NCBI GenBank assembly: GCA_026770705.1
Contig: JANJGN010000026.1
Coordinates: 21,762,001-21,826,000, forward strand
Length of the DNA: 64,000 bases
DNA from: Isurus oxyrinchus
Taxonomy: Eukaryota
Direction: 5' to 3'
Below, piece after piece: positions 10,576 through 23,640 of the stretch. Numbering within the stretch: the stretch's first letter is position 1; every line of letters starts with the position of its first letter. Position numbers and translations under genes: made by a program. The notes under the pieces are model-generated. The model did not search any database. It was not told where the DNA came from and saw only the letters and a program-made list of their open reading frames with translations.

Positions 10576-11289
10576 ATGGAGAAACCGTGGAAATGTGATG
10601 ACTGCGGTAAAGGATTCAATTATCCATCCCAGCTGGAAATGCATCGACGCAGTCACACTGGGGAGAGACCATTCACCTGTTCCCTGTGTGGGAAGGGATT
10701 TACTCAGACAACCAAACTCATGTTACACCAGCAAATTCACACTGAGGAGAGGCCATTCAGCTGCACTCGCTGTGGAATGAAATTCAGGAGTGCATCCACC
10801 CTGCTGAGGCACCAGCAGCTTCATACTGGGCAGAGGCCATACACCTGCTCCATATGTGGGAAGGGATTCAGTCAGTCATCTGGACTTTGCACACACCAGC
10901 GAATTCACACTGAGGAGAAGGCATTCAGCTGCACTTCCTGTGGAAAGAGATTCAGGCAGTCATCCGAGCTCAATGAACACCAGAGAATTCACACTGGGGA
11001 GAGGCCATTCATCTGCACCGTGTGTAGGAAGGGATTCACTCGGTCATCCCACCTTCTGAGACACCAGCGAGTTCACACTGAGGAGAGACCATTCAACTGC
11101 ACTTCCTGCGAAAAGAGATTCAGGCAGTCATCCGACCTCAAAGCACACCAACGAGTTCACACTGGGGAAAGGCCATTCACTTGCCGTGTGTGTGGGAAGG
11201 GATTCACTCAGTCATCCCACCTGCTGACACACCAGCGAGTTCATAAGAAACTGCAGGAGTCGGATTCTGCTGTTATTGTTTGCTCTTAA
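10576..11289 (+). CDS. ZNF locus 3: C2H2 zinc-finger protein, 8 fingers
   Basis: Kozak ACCATGG; 8 intact fingers; uninterrupted ORF. Confidence 0.92.
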   Translation: MEKPWKCDDCGKGFNYPSQLEMHRRSHTGERPFTCSLCGKGFTQTTKLMLHQQIHTEERPFSCTRCGMKFRSASTLLRHQQLHTGQRPYTCSICGKGFSQSSGLCTHQRIHTEEKAFSCTSCGKRFRQSSELNEHQRIHTGERPFICTVCRKGFTRSSHLLRHQRVHTEERPFNCTSCEKRFRQSSDLKAHQRVHTGERPFTCRVCGKGFTQSSHLLTHQRVHKKLQESDSAVIVCS

Positions 11290-11689
11290 TCACATCCAGG
11301 ATCGCTAGTCTGACAATATTTGGTTTGTTTCTGTTGATACCAACAAACCCTATAACTGGCTGGAGTTTAATATTGTGGAGATATCACTGATTTTCGAGGC
11401 TGCATTGTCCTTTTTTAAAAACAACATCTGTGATCTTTCCCCGTAATTCAAGAACTCTCACCAGGAACTCATTTACAATAAAATTATGATCTTTTACTTC
11501 AATTCTAAATTGATCTTTGGTGTAAAATCTACATTCAGTGTCTGAAAGGTTCCATGATTAACATCTGCAATTAGAAAGTGCCGATTAATCCTTGCTGACA
11601 ATTCTTACTGACTTACATATTCTTCACAGTGACACCTCCGTTATGAAATTAAATTATCACAGAACATTAAAGAAAACTGTAAAATATTT

Positions 11690-12160
11690 TACAGGCAGTT
11701 GTTCAATAAAAGCTTCAACAATCAACATTGATATTGAAGAAGTTTGGAAGTCGCTGAGTTCAATCATTTCTGACACAACAGCAACATTTGGTAAAGGTGG
11801 AACTGGTTTGAGACCTACTCAGCAGAGATGACATCTGTCATTGAAGCAAAAAGCAAAGGCCACCTGATGCACAACATAAACCTAACAGCTGGAACACTAC
11901 ATAACTTGAAAGTCTCTGAGATAGTCGTGCAAAAGACAGAGAGTTACTGTGTAAATAAACAATGGATCAGCCTACATCAAGAAATCCAAACTGCCTGTGA
12001 CAATGGAAATCTGTGTGCTCTGTATGATGGGATCAATTGGACACTTGGTCTGAAAATCCCCAAATTTATCCTCCTGAAATTGGCAGATGGTGGAGTACTC
12101 ACCAACAAAAGTAAACAGTATATAATTTAACAGTACTGTGAGCTGTACTCCCGTGAGACT
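11690..12160 (+). mobile_element. RTE-clade LINE, left part (split by CR1)
   Basis: Homologous to 43900-44375; resumes at 14731. Confidence 0.7.
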
Positions 12161-12169
12161 CCCATGAGT

Positions 12170-14730
12170 CACTGTGGGTGACCTTAATCTACATATAGAT
12201 TGAACAAACCAAACAAGCGATAATATTGTGGAGGAGGATTTCCTGGAGTGTGTACATGATAGTTTTTTAGACCAATACGTTGAGGAACCAACCAGAGAGC
12301 AGGCTATCCTAGACTGGGCATTGTGCAATGAGAAAGAATTAATTAACAATCTTGTTGTGCAGGGTCCCTTGGGGAAGAGCGACCATAAAATGATAGAATT
12401 GTTCATTAGGATGGAAAGTGAACATGTTGAATCCAAAACTAGGGTCCTGAATCTGAATAAAGGGAACTATGAGGGTATGAGGTGCAAGTTGGCAATGATG
12501 TATTAGGAAACCTTACTAACAGGATTGACAGTGGATTGGCAATGGCTAATATTTAAGAAACATATGCATAAGTTACAACAATTATTCCTGTCTGGTGCAA
12601 GAATAAAATAGGAAAGGTGGCTCAACCATAGATTATAAAAGAAATTAGGGATAGTATTAGATCCAAAGAGGAGACATATAAAAATGCCAGAAAAAGCAGC
12701 AAGCCTGAGGATTGGGAGCAGTTTAGAATTTAACAAACGTGGACAAAAAGATTGATCAAGAAGGGGAAAATGGAGTATGAGAACATAAAAGGAACATAAA
12801 AACTGACAGAAAACACTTCTATAAATATATGAAGAGAAACAGATTAGCGAAGACAAATGTAGGTCTCTTACAGTCAGAAATGGGGGAAATTATGATGGGG
12901 AACAAAGAAATGGCAGAAGAATTGAACACATATTTTGGTTCTGTCTTCACAAAAGAGGACACAAATAATTTCCCAGAAAAGTTAGGCAACCAAGGGTTTA
13001 GTGAGAGGGAGGAATTGAAGAAAAGCAGTATAAGTAAAAAAAAAATGGTGCTAGAGAAATTAATGGGGTTAAAGGCTGAAAAATCCCCAGGGCCTGATAA
13101 CCTACACCCCAGAGTACTAAAGGAAATGGCCCTGGAAATATTGGATGCACTGATGGTCATCTTCCAAAATTCTATAGACTCTGGAGCAATTCCTACAAAT
13201 TGGGGGTGGCAAATTTAACCCCACTGTTTAAAAAAGGATGGAGAAAAAAACAGAATTACAGACCAGTTAGCCTAATGTCAGTAGTGGGGAAATTGCTAGA
13301 ACCTAGTATAAAAGATGTGGTAACAGAACATTTGAAAAGCATTAACAGGATTAGATAAAGTCAGCATGGGTTTATGAAAGGGAAATCATGCTTAACTTAA
13401 TGTACTGGAATTTTTTGAGGATGTAACTAGTAGAATAGATAAGGGAGAACCAGTGGATGTGATGTATCTGGATTTCAAGAAGGCTTTTGCTAAAGTCCCA
13501 CGTAAGGGGCTAGTGGGAAAAATTAAAACACATGGGATTGGAGGTCATATACTGGCATGGATTGAGAACTGGTTGACAGACCGGAAACATAGAGTGGGAA
13601 TAAATGGGTCTTTTTCCAGGTGGTAGGCGGTGTACCGCAGGAATCAGTGCTTGGGCCCCAGTTATTCACGATATATATAAATGACTTGAGTGAGGGAACC
13701 AAATGCAATATTATAAATGCAACAAAAACAAAATACTGGAAAAACTCAGCAGGTTTAGCAGCATCTGTGGAGAGAGAAACAAAGTTAACGTTTCGAGTCC
13801 GTAAGACCCTTCTTCAGAGCAATATTTCCAAGTTTCCTGATGACCCAAAACTGGGTGGGGTTGTGAGTTGTAAGGAGGATGCAGGGAGGTTCAGGGTGAT
13901 TTAGACAAGTTGTGTGTGTGGGCAAACGCATAGCAGATGCAGTATAACGTGGATAAATGTGAAGTTATACACTTTGGTGTGAAAAACAGAAAGGCAGAGT
14001 ATTTTTTAAATGGTGATATATTGGGATGTACAAAGGGATCTGGGTGTCCTTGTACACCAGTCAATGAAAATAAACAGGCAGCAAGCAATTAGGAAGGCAA
14101 ATGGTATGTTGGCCTTCATTGCAAGAGGATTTGAGTTCAGAAGTAGGGATGTCTTACTGCATAATACAGGCCTTGGTGAGACCACATCTGGAGTATTACA
14201 TGCAGTTTTGGTCTCCCTACCTGAGAAAGGATATATGTGCCTTAGAGGGAGTACAGCGAAAGTTCACTAGGCTGATACCGGGGATGGCAGGACTGTTGTA
14301 TGAGGAGAGATTAGTTTGAGTGGGCCTGTATCCATTAGAGTTTAGGAGCATGAGAGGGGACCTGATTTAAATGTATAAAATTCTAACTGGGCTAGACAGA
14401 CTAGATGCAGGGAGGATGTTTCCCCAGGCTGGGGAATATAGAACCAGGGGCCACAGCCTCAGGATATGGGGCAGACCATTTAGCACTGAGATGAGAAAAA
14501 GTTTCTTCATTCAGAGGGTGGTCAACCTGTGGAATTCTCTGCCACAGGAGGCTGTGGAGGCCGGGTCACTGAGTATATTCAAGAAAGAAATTGGTCAATC
14601 TTTGGATATTCGGGGCATCAAGGGAAAGAAAGCGGAAATATGTTGTTGAGATAGAAGATCAGCCATGATCATATTGAATTGCAGAGCAGGCTCGAAGGGC
14701 CGAATGGCCTGCTGCTGCTCCTGGTTTCTA
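12170..14730 (+). mobile_element. CR1 LINE (endonuclease end, RT, 3' UTR), decayed
   Basis: FLDQYVEEPTREQAILD, LGKSDH, KSPGPDNLHPRVLKE, GVPQxSVLGP.LF.IYINDL, RPHLEY..QFWSP; CR1 tail at ~14700; TGAGAC flanks both sides. Confidence 0.93.
13713..13818 (-). mobile_element. 106-bp Penelope-terminal insert with hammerhead-like motif, nested in CR1
   Basis: TSD GCAATATT at 13705-13712 and 13819-13826; minus strand CTGAAGA-A-GGGTC-ttacg-GACTC-GAAA-C-GTT-AACT. Confidence 0.8.
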
Positions 14731-15120
14731 TGAGACAAACATGACCCAGTCTGCGTTTGACGCTCTCCAGCAGGTTCCTGTCAGGGTTGAGTTGGACGAG
14801 GAAACCTCATCCCTTGAGCTGGTAAAGGCCATTGATTGTCCAGCAAGCAGAAAGACATCAGCAAGGATAGAATTCCAGCTGAACTGCTCAAGCACGGAAA
14901 GTCTCATCTACCGCCACACCATCATCTCCTCCTTCTCTGTTGGAAGGAAGGATCCATTCCTCAGGACATGCATGACACAAAATTCATCACAATGTACAAA
15001 AACAAAGGTGATAGAGGTGATTGCAATAACTACAGGGACATCTCAATTTTAAGCATCACTGTGAAGGCCTTCGCTGGAGTCATATTTAGAAGACCCCATC
15101 GACTTGCAGACTGAGTGTAT
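14731..15120 (+). mobile_element. RTE-clade LINE, right part
   Basis: DRIPAELLK...WKEGSIPQDMHD..ITMYKNKGDRGDCNNYRDISILS, typical of RTE/BovB-like RT. Confidence 0.85.
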
Positions 15121-15454
15121 ACAGAACAGCCTACAGGAATCAGCTTTCCTGAAAAAAATGGGCACCGACCTTTTCACAAGCTTTGTTTGCTGGGTCTCAG
15201 AGAGCTATACATTAGGCCGCACCCACCAACAAAAAACACTAGGGCTTAAAGGGGCCTTGCAGCTGTCAGGAAACAGTTGGATCTCCAATGGTAGCCAGTG
15301 CTTCCTGAGAGCTCGTGAGCCCAAAATATGCTATCTGATCCCACTGTGGGTCACTATCCTCAGCTTGGGAAGCCTTGACTTAAACTGAAACTATAAAATG
15401 GGAACGGGTTTTTAATGTTCTTGTCACAGTCTAAGCATTTAAGCCCTCTCTCTC

Positions 15455-15678
15455 TCTCTCCAGTGTGAACTCACTGGTGTGTTTGAAGGCTGGATGACTG
15501 AGTTAATCCATACATGGAGCAGATGAACAGCCTCTCCCTGACATTCATGTGCTAATGACTTCCAACTCAAATGAGTAATTGAATCTCTTCCCACCTCCCT
15601 TCATTAACACGGTTTCTCCCCAGTGTGACTAAGCTTGTGTCTTGACAGGCCAGGTGATCGGCTGAAACCTCGTCCAGG
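15455..15678 (-). pseudogene. Zinc-finger gene relic (2-3 decayed fingers, lineage A type)
   Basis: Minus strand GRGFSRSPGLSRHKLSHTGEKP...HQ*VHTGE. Confidence 0.7.
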
Positions 15679-15839
15679 GATATGGGGAAAGAGTGGGGAA
15701 GTGGGATTAACCGGATTGCTCTTTGAAGGAGCCAGTGCAGATTTGATGAGCCGAGTGGCCTCCTTCTGTTCTGCACTATGATGAGATCATATGATTCTAT
15801 AACAGGATAATTTTCATAATAAACACCAAATGATTGAAT

Positions 15840-16625
15840 CATAGAGCTGAGAAGGTGGTCCTTCAGCCTGTTGTGTCTGTACTGCCTCTGAAAATGTTAC
15901 CATTTTTCAACTCCCCTGATCTTTCTCCTGAGCCCTGGAAACCTTTCCTTATGAAATAAAAGTCAAAAATCACTTTTGAAAGTTATTATTGGATCTGCTT
16001 CCACCAGTCATTCAGACAATGTGTTCCAGATCATCAGAACTCAGAGTAAAATAATCACTCCTCATTTTCACCCTGGAATTTTTGCCAATTATTTTAAATC
16101 TGTTTTCTGTGGTTACCAACCATCCTGCCAATGGAAACAATTTCTCCCAATGTAGATGAAAACTCTTCAAAAATGTCCACACCTCTATTCAATCACTCTT
16201 AATCTTCTCTGCTCTAAAGAGAACCATCCCAGCTTCTCCAGTCTCTCCACATAATGGAAACACCTCATCCCTGATACTATTCTGGTCAATTTTTCGTGTA
16301 CCCTCTCCAAGGCCTTGACACCTTTCCTGAAGTGTGGTGCTCAGAACTGAACACAATACTTGAACTGAGGATTAAAAAGTGATTGATAAAGAATCAGTGT
16401 GACTTCCTTGCTTTTGTTCTTCATGTCTCCATTAATAAATGAAGGACTCCATTAGTTTTTCTTAATCAAATTTAATTAAATTAATCAAGCTTAATCAAAT
16501 TTTCCTGTTACCTTCAAAGATTTGTGTCCATACACTCCCAGGTCACTCTGTTCCTGCACTCTGTTTAAATTTGTACCATTTAGTTTATTCTGCCTCTCCT
16601 CATTCCTCCTTCCTAAATGCATCAT
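15840..16625 (-). mobile_element. Old CR1 LINE 3' fragment
   Basis: Reverse complement of the YCVQF*APHFRK..KALERV region and tail. Confidence 0.7.
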
Positions 16626-16840
16626 TGACTGAGTCACTTTGGGATGTACTGAGGTTGTGAAAAGTGCTAAATGAACACAGGAACTTTCACCTCCACATGC
16701 TGTCCACAGGGCAGTTCTCCTGTTGCAGTGGGACCAACATTCGTGTTTTAACTAACACCACCGAGAAAACTGGATTAATCGGTCACTCGTCTGATTGCTC
16801 TTTGTGGAATCTTACCTTGTTCAAACTGGCTGTCACGAAA
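16625..16840 (+). mobile_element. DeuSINE-like fragments
   Basis: CACTTTGGGATGT.CTGAGGTTGTGAAA tail and ATTGCT.TTTGTGG.ATCTT..AAACTGGCTG core-like segment, recognised from memory. Confidence 0.45.
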
Positions 16841-16844
16841 TGGT

Positions 16845-18275
16845 AACAACTTGTATTTATATAACACAACTAGTGTAATAAAATAACCCAAGGTGCTTCA
16901 GAGGAGTTTCATAAAGAAGAATTTCACCCCGAATCACATCGGGTGACATCTGAGTAGATGGCCAAATGGTTGATTGGAGGGGCAGATTTTAACAAGCATC
17001 TTTAATCGATAGAGAGCTGGAGGGGTGGAGAGGATTAGGGAGGGAATTTCAGAGCTTCATGCCTGGACATGGCCACCAATGGTTGAGTAATTAAAGTCAA
17101 GGATGCCAAAGAGGCCAGAATGAGAAGAATGCAGTTATCTCAGAGGGTTGTGCCACTGGAGATTACAGAGGCGGGAAAGGGGGAGGTCATGGGGGGGATT
17201 TGAAAGCAAGGATGCAAACGTTAAAATTGAGACATGGCTTGACCAGATGCCAACGTTGGTCAATGAGCACGGGGGGGGTGATGGGTAAAAGGGACGTGGT
17301 GTGAGAAAGCACCCGGGCAGCAGAGTTTTGAACGATCTCATGTTTCTGGGTGGGGACAGGATGAATGTGAGAGGCTGGTCAGGAATGTATTGGAATTGTC
17401 AACTCGAAAGTTAACATGGGCGTGGATGAGGGTTTCAGCAGCAGATGAGCTGGCGTAGGGTGGAGACAACAGCTCATCTTCCAGTCAAATCAGACACCAA
17501 GATTATGAGGAGTGTGGTTCCCAGGGAGAGGGATGGACTCAGTAGTTAGGGACTGGAATTTGTAGTGGTGACTGGACAATGGCTTTGGTCTTCCCAATTT
17601 TTAATTGGAGGAAATTTCTGCTCATCCAGTACGGGGTGTGGGATAAGCAGTCTGATAATTTAGTAATAATGGAGGAATGGAGAGGGATGGTGGTGAGGTG
17701 GAGCTGGGCATTGTCAGTGTACATGTGAAAACTAACACGGTGCTTTTGGATGATGTCAACTAGTGGCAGCATATAGATGAGAAATAGGAGGGGCCAAGGA
17801 TAGATTCTTGGGGCACACACAAACCAAGGTCTTTGGAGAGGAAAGGGAGATTGGAGATGGGGCGGTAGTTTGCAAAGATGGCGGGATCAAAGGTTGTTTT
17901 AGTTTGGGTGATGCTGGTGCATTTAAAGGTGAGAGGGGCAAAACCAAAAGAGCGACAGAACTGTTAACAATATCAGCTAACATGGGGAGGATGGATGGCC
18001 AACAGTTTAGTGAGAATGGAGTCAAGGGAGCAGAAGGCAGGTCTCACGGATAGGCTAAACTCTGAGGAAGTTAGAAGATAGGACAGAAATTGGAAAGAGA
18101 TGCAAGTTCAGGGCTCAGACAAGGAAGGGCTTCAGAAACAGTTTGGCCCGGTGAGCTATTGGAAGGGAGGGAAGCAGCAGAGGCAGCTGATCGGATTGTC
18201 TCAATTTTAGTGACAAAGAAGCTCCATGAACTCCTCACACTTGTTGTTGGAGGTGAGGTTGGAGGAGACAGGCGA
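16845..18275 (-). mobile_element. L2 LINE fragments
   Basis: PLLFLIYMLPL..IIQKHRVSFHMYTDN.QL, WMSRNFLQLKIGKT, FFVTKIETIRS. Confidence 0.85.
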
Positions 18276-18448
18276 GAGAGCTTCAAAAGGATATTAAAAA
18301 GATTCAACACAGTGTTTAATACAAAACTGATTTATTAGACCTTTATCCAGAATATCAACCACTATAACTGGGTTGAGGTTTATTATCAGCAGAAACAGAC
18401 CCCAATGAACATGGTTCAGTCCTGGACGTGAACAACAGCAAAATCCAA

Positions 18449-19495
18449 TCACTGTAATTGTTTGTGAACTCGCTGATGACTCATCAGGGTGGATGACCGA
18501 GTGAATCTCTTCCCACACACAATGCAGATAAATGGTCTCTCCGCACTGTGAACTCGCTGGTGTTTCTGCAGGTGGGATGACTGACTGAATCCCTTTCCGC
18601 ATTCAGAGCAGATAAATGGCCTCTCCCCAGTGTGTGCTCGCTGGTGTACAGTGAGTTCAGATGACCACCTGAACCCAGCGCCACATTGAGAGCATCTGAA
18701 TGGTCTCACATCAGTGTGAATACGTTGATGGCGCATCAGTTCCCCAGAACTTTTATAGCACCTTCCGCAGTCTGGGCATTTAAAAGGTCTCTCATCAGTG
18801 TGAACTCGCTGGTGCCTCAGCAGGTGCGATGACTGAGTGAATCCCTTCCCACACTCGGAGCAGAGGAACGGTCTCTCCCCAGTGTGAATTCGCTGGTGTA
18901 CAGTGAGTTCACATGATTGCCTGAACCCAGCCCCACAGTGAGAGCACCTGAACGGTCTCTCGTCAGTGTGAAAACGTTGATGGGACATCAGTTCCTCAAA
19001 ACTTTTATAGCACTTCTCACAGTCTGTGCATTTGAAAGGTTTCTTGTCGGTGTGAATTTGCTGGTGTCTCATCAGGTTTGATGAACAAGTGAATCCCTTC
19101 CCACACACAGAGCAGGTGAACGGTCTCTCCCCAGTGTGACCTCGCTGGTGTATAAGCAGGGTGGATGACTGAGCGAATCCCTTCCCACACTTGGGGCAGA
19201 TGAATGGCCTCTCCCCAGTGTGAACTCTTCGGTGTGTCAGCAGATCAGATGAATTAATGAATCCTTTCCCACACTCGGAGCAGGTGAACGGCCTCTTCCC
19301 AGTGTGAACTCGCTGGTGTTTTCGCAGGTAGTTTGACTTTGTGAATCCCTTCCCGCACTCGGAGCAAGTGAACGGCCTCTCCTCAGTGTGAATTCGCTGG
19401 TGAATTTCCAGCTCAGATGGGTAATTGAATCCATTCTCATAGTCCCCACACTTCCATAGTTTTTCCCCAGAGTGAATGGTGCTTTTTGGTTCCAT
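18449..19495 (-). CDS. ZNF locus 4: C2H2 zinc-finger protein, 11 intact fingers plus 1 degenerate
   Basis: ATG (MEPKS) at 19495; open ORF; first finger has C->Y; polypyrimidine acceptor at ~19605. Confidence 0.92.
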   Translation of the reverse strand: MEPKSTIHSGEKLWKCGDYENGFNYPSELEIHQRIHTEERPFTCSECGKGFTKSNYLRKHQRVHTGKRPFTCSECGKGFINSSDLLTHRRVHTGERPFICPKCGKGFAQSSTLLIHQRGHTGERPFTCSVCGKGFTCSSNLMRHQQIHTDKKPFKCTDCEKCYKSFEELMSHQRFHTDERPFRCSHCGAGFRQSCELTVHQRIHTGERPFLCSECGKGFTQSSHLLRHQRVHTDERPFKCPDCGRCYKSSGELMRHQRIHTDVRPFRCSQCGAGFRWSSELTVHQRAHTGERPFICSECGKGFSQSSHLQKHQRVHSAERPFICIVCGKRFTRSSTLMSHQRVHKQLQ

Positions 19496-20094
19496 GTTCA
19501 AAGGCTGATGATATTCAGGTCCTGATGAATTGGGTGACTCATTCAGATCCTGATGTGATGTTTAGTTTGAGTTTCTGAACTGCAAATTCTCCCCTTCTAA
19601 TCTCCTGTGCAACTGACTTAAAACAGAAAAAAGGGAGTGAGAGAGAACCCACACATACCAAAGGCAGGTTGTGAAACTGAACTGAATGAATCTGGTAATT
19701 TGTGCAGCTGGAACTAGGAACAAGTGATCATGAAAACTGCTTGATTGTCGTAAAAACCCAACTGGTTCACTAATTCCTGCAGGGAAGGGAACCTGCCACC
19801 CAGTCTAGGCCAACACAAGACTCTAGGCACTATGGGAGGAGAGAGAGAGAGAAGTGGGAGAGGCAGGTAGCAAACGAGAGACAAACTCAACCATAACTGT
19901 GACAGAAACTCCCAAACCCTCAACCCCCACCACTTGGAAGGACCAGGGTTACAGGTTTTTGTGAACACCATCAACTCTAAGTTCCCCTCCAAGTCACGCA
20001 CCATCCTGACTTGCCTGACATCCAGTCCTGGATGAGAAGAAATTTCCTCCATTTAAGTATTGAGAGAGTGAAGCCATTGACTTCAGTCCCTGTA

Positions 20095-20850
20095 ATAAAC
20101 TCCACTCCCTAGTCACCAACTCCATCCCTCTCCCTGGAAACTGTCTGAGGCTGAACCAGACTATTCATGATTTTTATGTAACATCTGACCCCGAGATGAG
20201 TTTACAATCACATTTCAGTGTTATCACCAAGACTGTCTATTTCCACCTCAGTAACATCGTCTGACTCCGCCCTAGTCTCAGCTCATCTGCTACTGAAACT
20301 CTCATCTATTCCTTTGTTACCTCTAGACTTAACTATCCTAACATACTCCGGGGCGGCCAACCTCCCACATTCAACCTCCCTGTAATCTGCTGCCTGTGTG
20401 CTTACTCACACTAAGTTTTGTTCACCCATCACCCCCTGAGCTCGCTGACCGACAAAGGTTCCTGTTTAAGAAGCACCTGCATTTTAAAACTTATAGCCTT
20501 GTTTTCAAATTCCTCCCCAACTGTTCCCTATCTCTGTGATCTCCTTCTGCCTCACAACCCTCCAAGATATCTGCACGCATCTAATTCCAATCTCCTGAAC
20601 TTTCTTGATTTTAACTGTTCCCACACCTTCAGCTTCCATGACTGAGGAATTTCCTCCCTAAACCTCTTTGCCTCTCAACTTCGCTTTCCTTTAAGATGCT
20701 TCTACCTATTTCACCACAATCTGGTCACCTGCCCTAACATTTCCTGATGTATCTCGGTGTCAAACGTTGCTTTGAAACATTTCTGTGAAATGCCTTGGAA
20801 TATTCTAGTATGTAAAGGCACAATATAAACACACATTGTTGTTGTTGACT
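20095..20850 (+). mobile_element. L2 LINE 3' part in intron of locus 4
   Basis: ITKTVYFHL, FVTSRLNY motifs; TGT-repeat tail at ~20840. Confidence 0.75.
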
Positions 20851-21659
20851 TGGACATATATCACTGTTCCTTCCTCATCGCTGGGTGAATAACCTCTAAC
20901 TCCTTATCGAACAGCATCATGGGAGCATCTTCAACACACGGACTGTAGTGGTTCAAGAAGGTCAAACATCATATTTTCCACAGGTAACTGGGGATGGGTA
21001 ACATCTGCTGCTGGTCTTGTTAATGACACCCAATCCCATGAATTAATTTTAAAAATATGTCCATGTAAAGTAGATTGAAAGCATCCACAGAAATACTTTT
21101 CCCTAAATCAATACTCTTTTACATTGACTGAACAGTGTCCATTCAACAACCTTATCTCTCCTGAAATCTATCTCCCTTGACAATTTCACATTGGAAATTT
21201 CTGGGTCTGACTGGATTCCAAAGTCCTTAGGGTTAAACCCAGCAGCTTCTACTCCAGTTCAAACTGTTGCAAAAAAAGGTTTTCAAAAGAGAACTGGATA
21301 ATCACCTGAAGATAAAAAAACACAATTGCTGGACTATGAGGAATGGACAGGGGAGTGGGACTAACTGATTTGGAGTTGCAGAGAACCAGAATGGGCACGA
21401 TGGGCTAAAGGGCCTCCTGTTTTTTGTTATCATAGTCTGATTCTATTAAATAGACCTGCACTGAAGGCCAGGGACTTCTGTAACAGCCTCACTGCTGCAA
21501 ACCAGCGCTTAACTGGTCTGCCTGTGTCTCTGAACTCAGAGTGCCGCCTGTAATAAAATAACAGCAAAATACTGCAACTGATGGAAATCTGAAATAAAAT
21601 GGGAAAATTCTGGAAGTACCCAGTAGGTCAAGCAATATCTGTGGAGAAAGAAACAGTTA

Positions 21660-22305
21660 AAGTTTCAGTGTGTTAATGAATTATGGGGAATAAAAATGGT
21701 GCAGAATTTGATGGTCATTATAGCTCAGAAGTGAAAGAGAAATGGGCCATAGCACAGGAAAAACAATTCCTGACTGAAAGATACTGTGGGAAGATAAAAC
21801 TGATAAGCCAGCTGCACATTGTTGAGGGAAGGGCGGCTGTGGAAAATGCATTTTTACATGGTCAGTGAAAGAAACAGTAAAATACTAAACATAACTAAAA
21901 TATACCCATTAATTAGGCAACAGCAGAGAGGTGATCAGCGACAGCAGAGGTGAAAAAGAGCAATGGATGGATATGGATTCAGATCCACAGTGAAGGTGTC
22001 ACACCAGCCCCAGAGCCATGGAATCTCTCACAGATAACAAGGCATAACATTAAATGCTCTAAATTGTAGATGGATGCTGAATAATACTCCCCTCTATAAC
22101 AATTCCACTGTTTTCATTTTTAAAATCTCCAGCTGGAGCCTGCAGCTGGAAAGATATCAGATGCACTGGAGTCAGAGAAAAAAATTTTCCAGTTGAGTAA
22201 ATACCCGGGGAGTGGGGTGATGTCACTGAGCAATTGTCAGTGTGTGATGACATCACAGACACGAACACAGAACATCTGGGTCTGTGCAAACCAGTGATCA
22301 CCACA
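21660..22305 (-). other. Conserved lineage-A intronic block (locus 4 copy)
   Basis: Reverse-complement paralog of 6180-6790; the candidate splice sites are mutated here. Confidence 0.6.
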
Positions 22306-22744
22306 CATTATGAAGGACGTGAGGGCCCTTGAGAGGGTGCAGAGGTTTGAAGGATGAAGCATTTTAGTTGCAATGTTAGATTGGAGAATTGGGGTTGTTC
22401 TCCTTGGAGCAAAGGAGATTGAGGAGAGTTGACAGAGGTGTACAAGCTTATAAGGTACATAAAGAAAAACTGTTCCCATTATTTGATTGTAAAAGGATTA
22501 TGAAAACAAATTGAAGATTTTGAGCAAGAGATACAGGGGGAATGAGAGTAAGACCTTTTTTTACACAGTGAGTGGTGATGACCTGGAAATCGATGCTTAA
22601 ACTCAAAGGCCAATGATATTCAGGTTCTGATTAATCGAGACTTAATGTTATCTTTGGTTTGTCTCAAAACCCTCTCCTTACCACCTGTAAAAGGAGTTTC
22701 TAAAATCCATCCCTGTCAGTCCGAGATAGAAATTCACAACATTG

Positions 22745-23070
22745 GTATACAAAATTATGAGGGGCATAGAAACTTTTCCCTTTATCGAAGGTGTCAATAA
22801 CCATGGGGTATAAATTTAAGGTAAGGGGCAGGAGGTTTAGAGGGGATTTGAGGAAACATTATTTCTACCCAGAGGGTGGCTGGAATCTGGACTACACTTG
22901 CCTGAGGGGGGGTGGTAGAGGCAGAAACCCTCACAACATTTAAGAAGTATCTAGATCAGCATTTGAAACGCCATCGCATTCAGGGCTATGGGCCAGATGC
23001 TGGAAAATAAATAGGTGCTTGATGGCCAGCACGGACACGATGGGCCGAAGGGGCTGGTTCAGTGCTTGTT
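22745..23070 (+). mobile_element. CR1 3' fragment
   Basis: YKIMRGI..F.QRVAGIW; GATGGGCCGAAGGG tail. Confidence 0.75.
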
Positions 23071-23089
23071 TCACTCGCTGTCTGTCATT

Positions 23090-23640
23090 CCTGCTGACAG
23101 GGAGAGTGGTGACCGCGCATGCGCAACCCCATGACGCTGGCGGCCGTTAACCCGGGCCTTTCACCGAGAAAGATACCGCTCCGTTAAAACAAACAAAGTA
23201 CCTGAAGCTTCTTGTTTATGGCGTTGAGGCCTCCGCTGGGTGTTTGTGAAGCCTCCCCTCCCACTCACCGCCCCTAACGCTGCCTCCGCTTATCCGCCTC
23301 CTTCCCACCTGAAGATGAGACAAACAAGCGTCTATCCATGGACATCACCTGCACTGCGCATGCTCCAGATCACAATGCCCGGGGAGTGATTGACGGCAGC
23401 TTCACAACAATAGGAAGAGGGGGCGCGGCTGGAGGACCGATCGTGAGCAGCTGACCTCCATCCAATCGGAGTGAATGAGGGGCGGAGCTGAGCCCGGATC
23501 TCCCTCATTGGCTGAAACTCTGCATCGTTTTGGAAGCTGATTTGTCTCAAACTCCAGGAGAAAACTGGACCTTTCTGTTTGTGGCTTTAAACAGATGAAA
23601 CCCTGTGGGTTTGGAGCAAACATTTCAACCTTTGTTAGTG
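23090..23640 (-). promoter_or_regulatory. ZNF promoter cassette and exon 1 of locus 4
   Basis: Reverse complement of the cassette at 320-700; GCGCATGCGC at ~23115. Confidence 0.75.
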
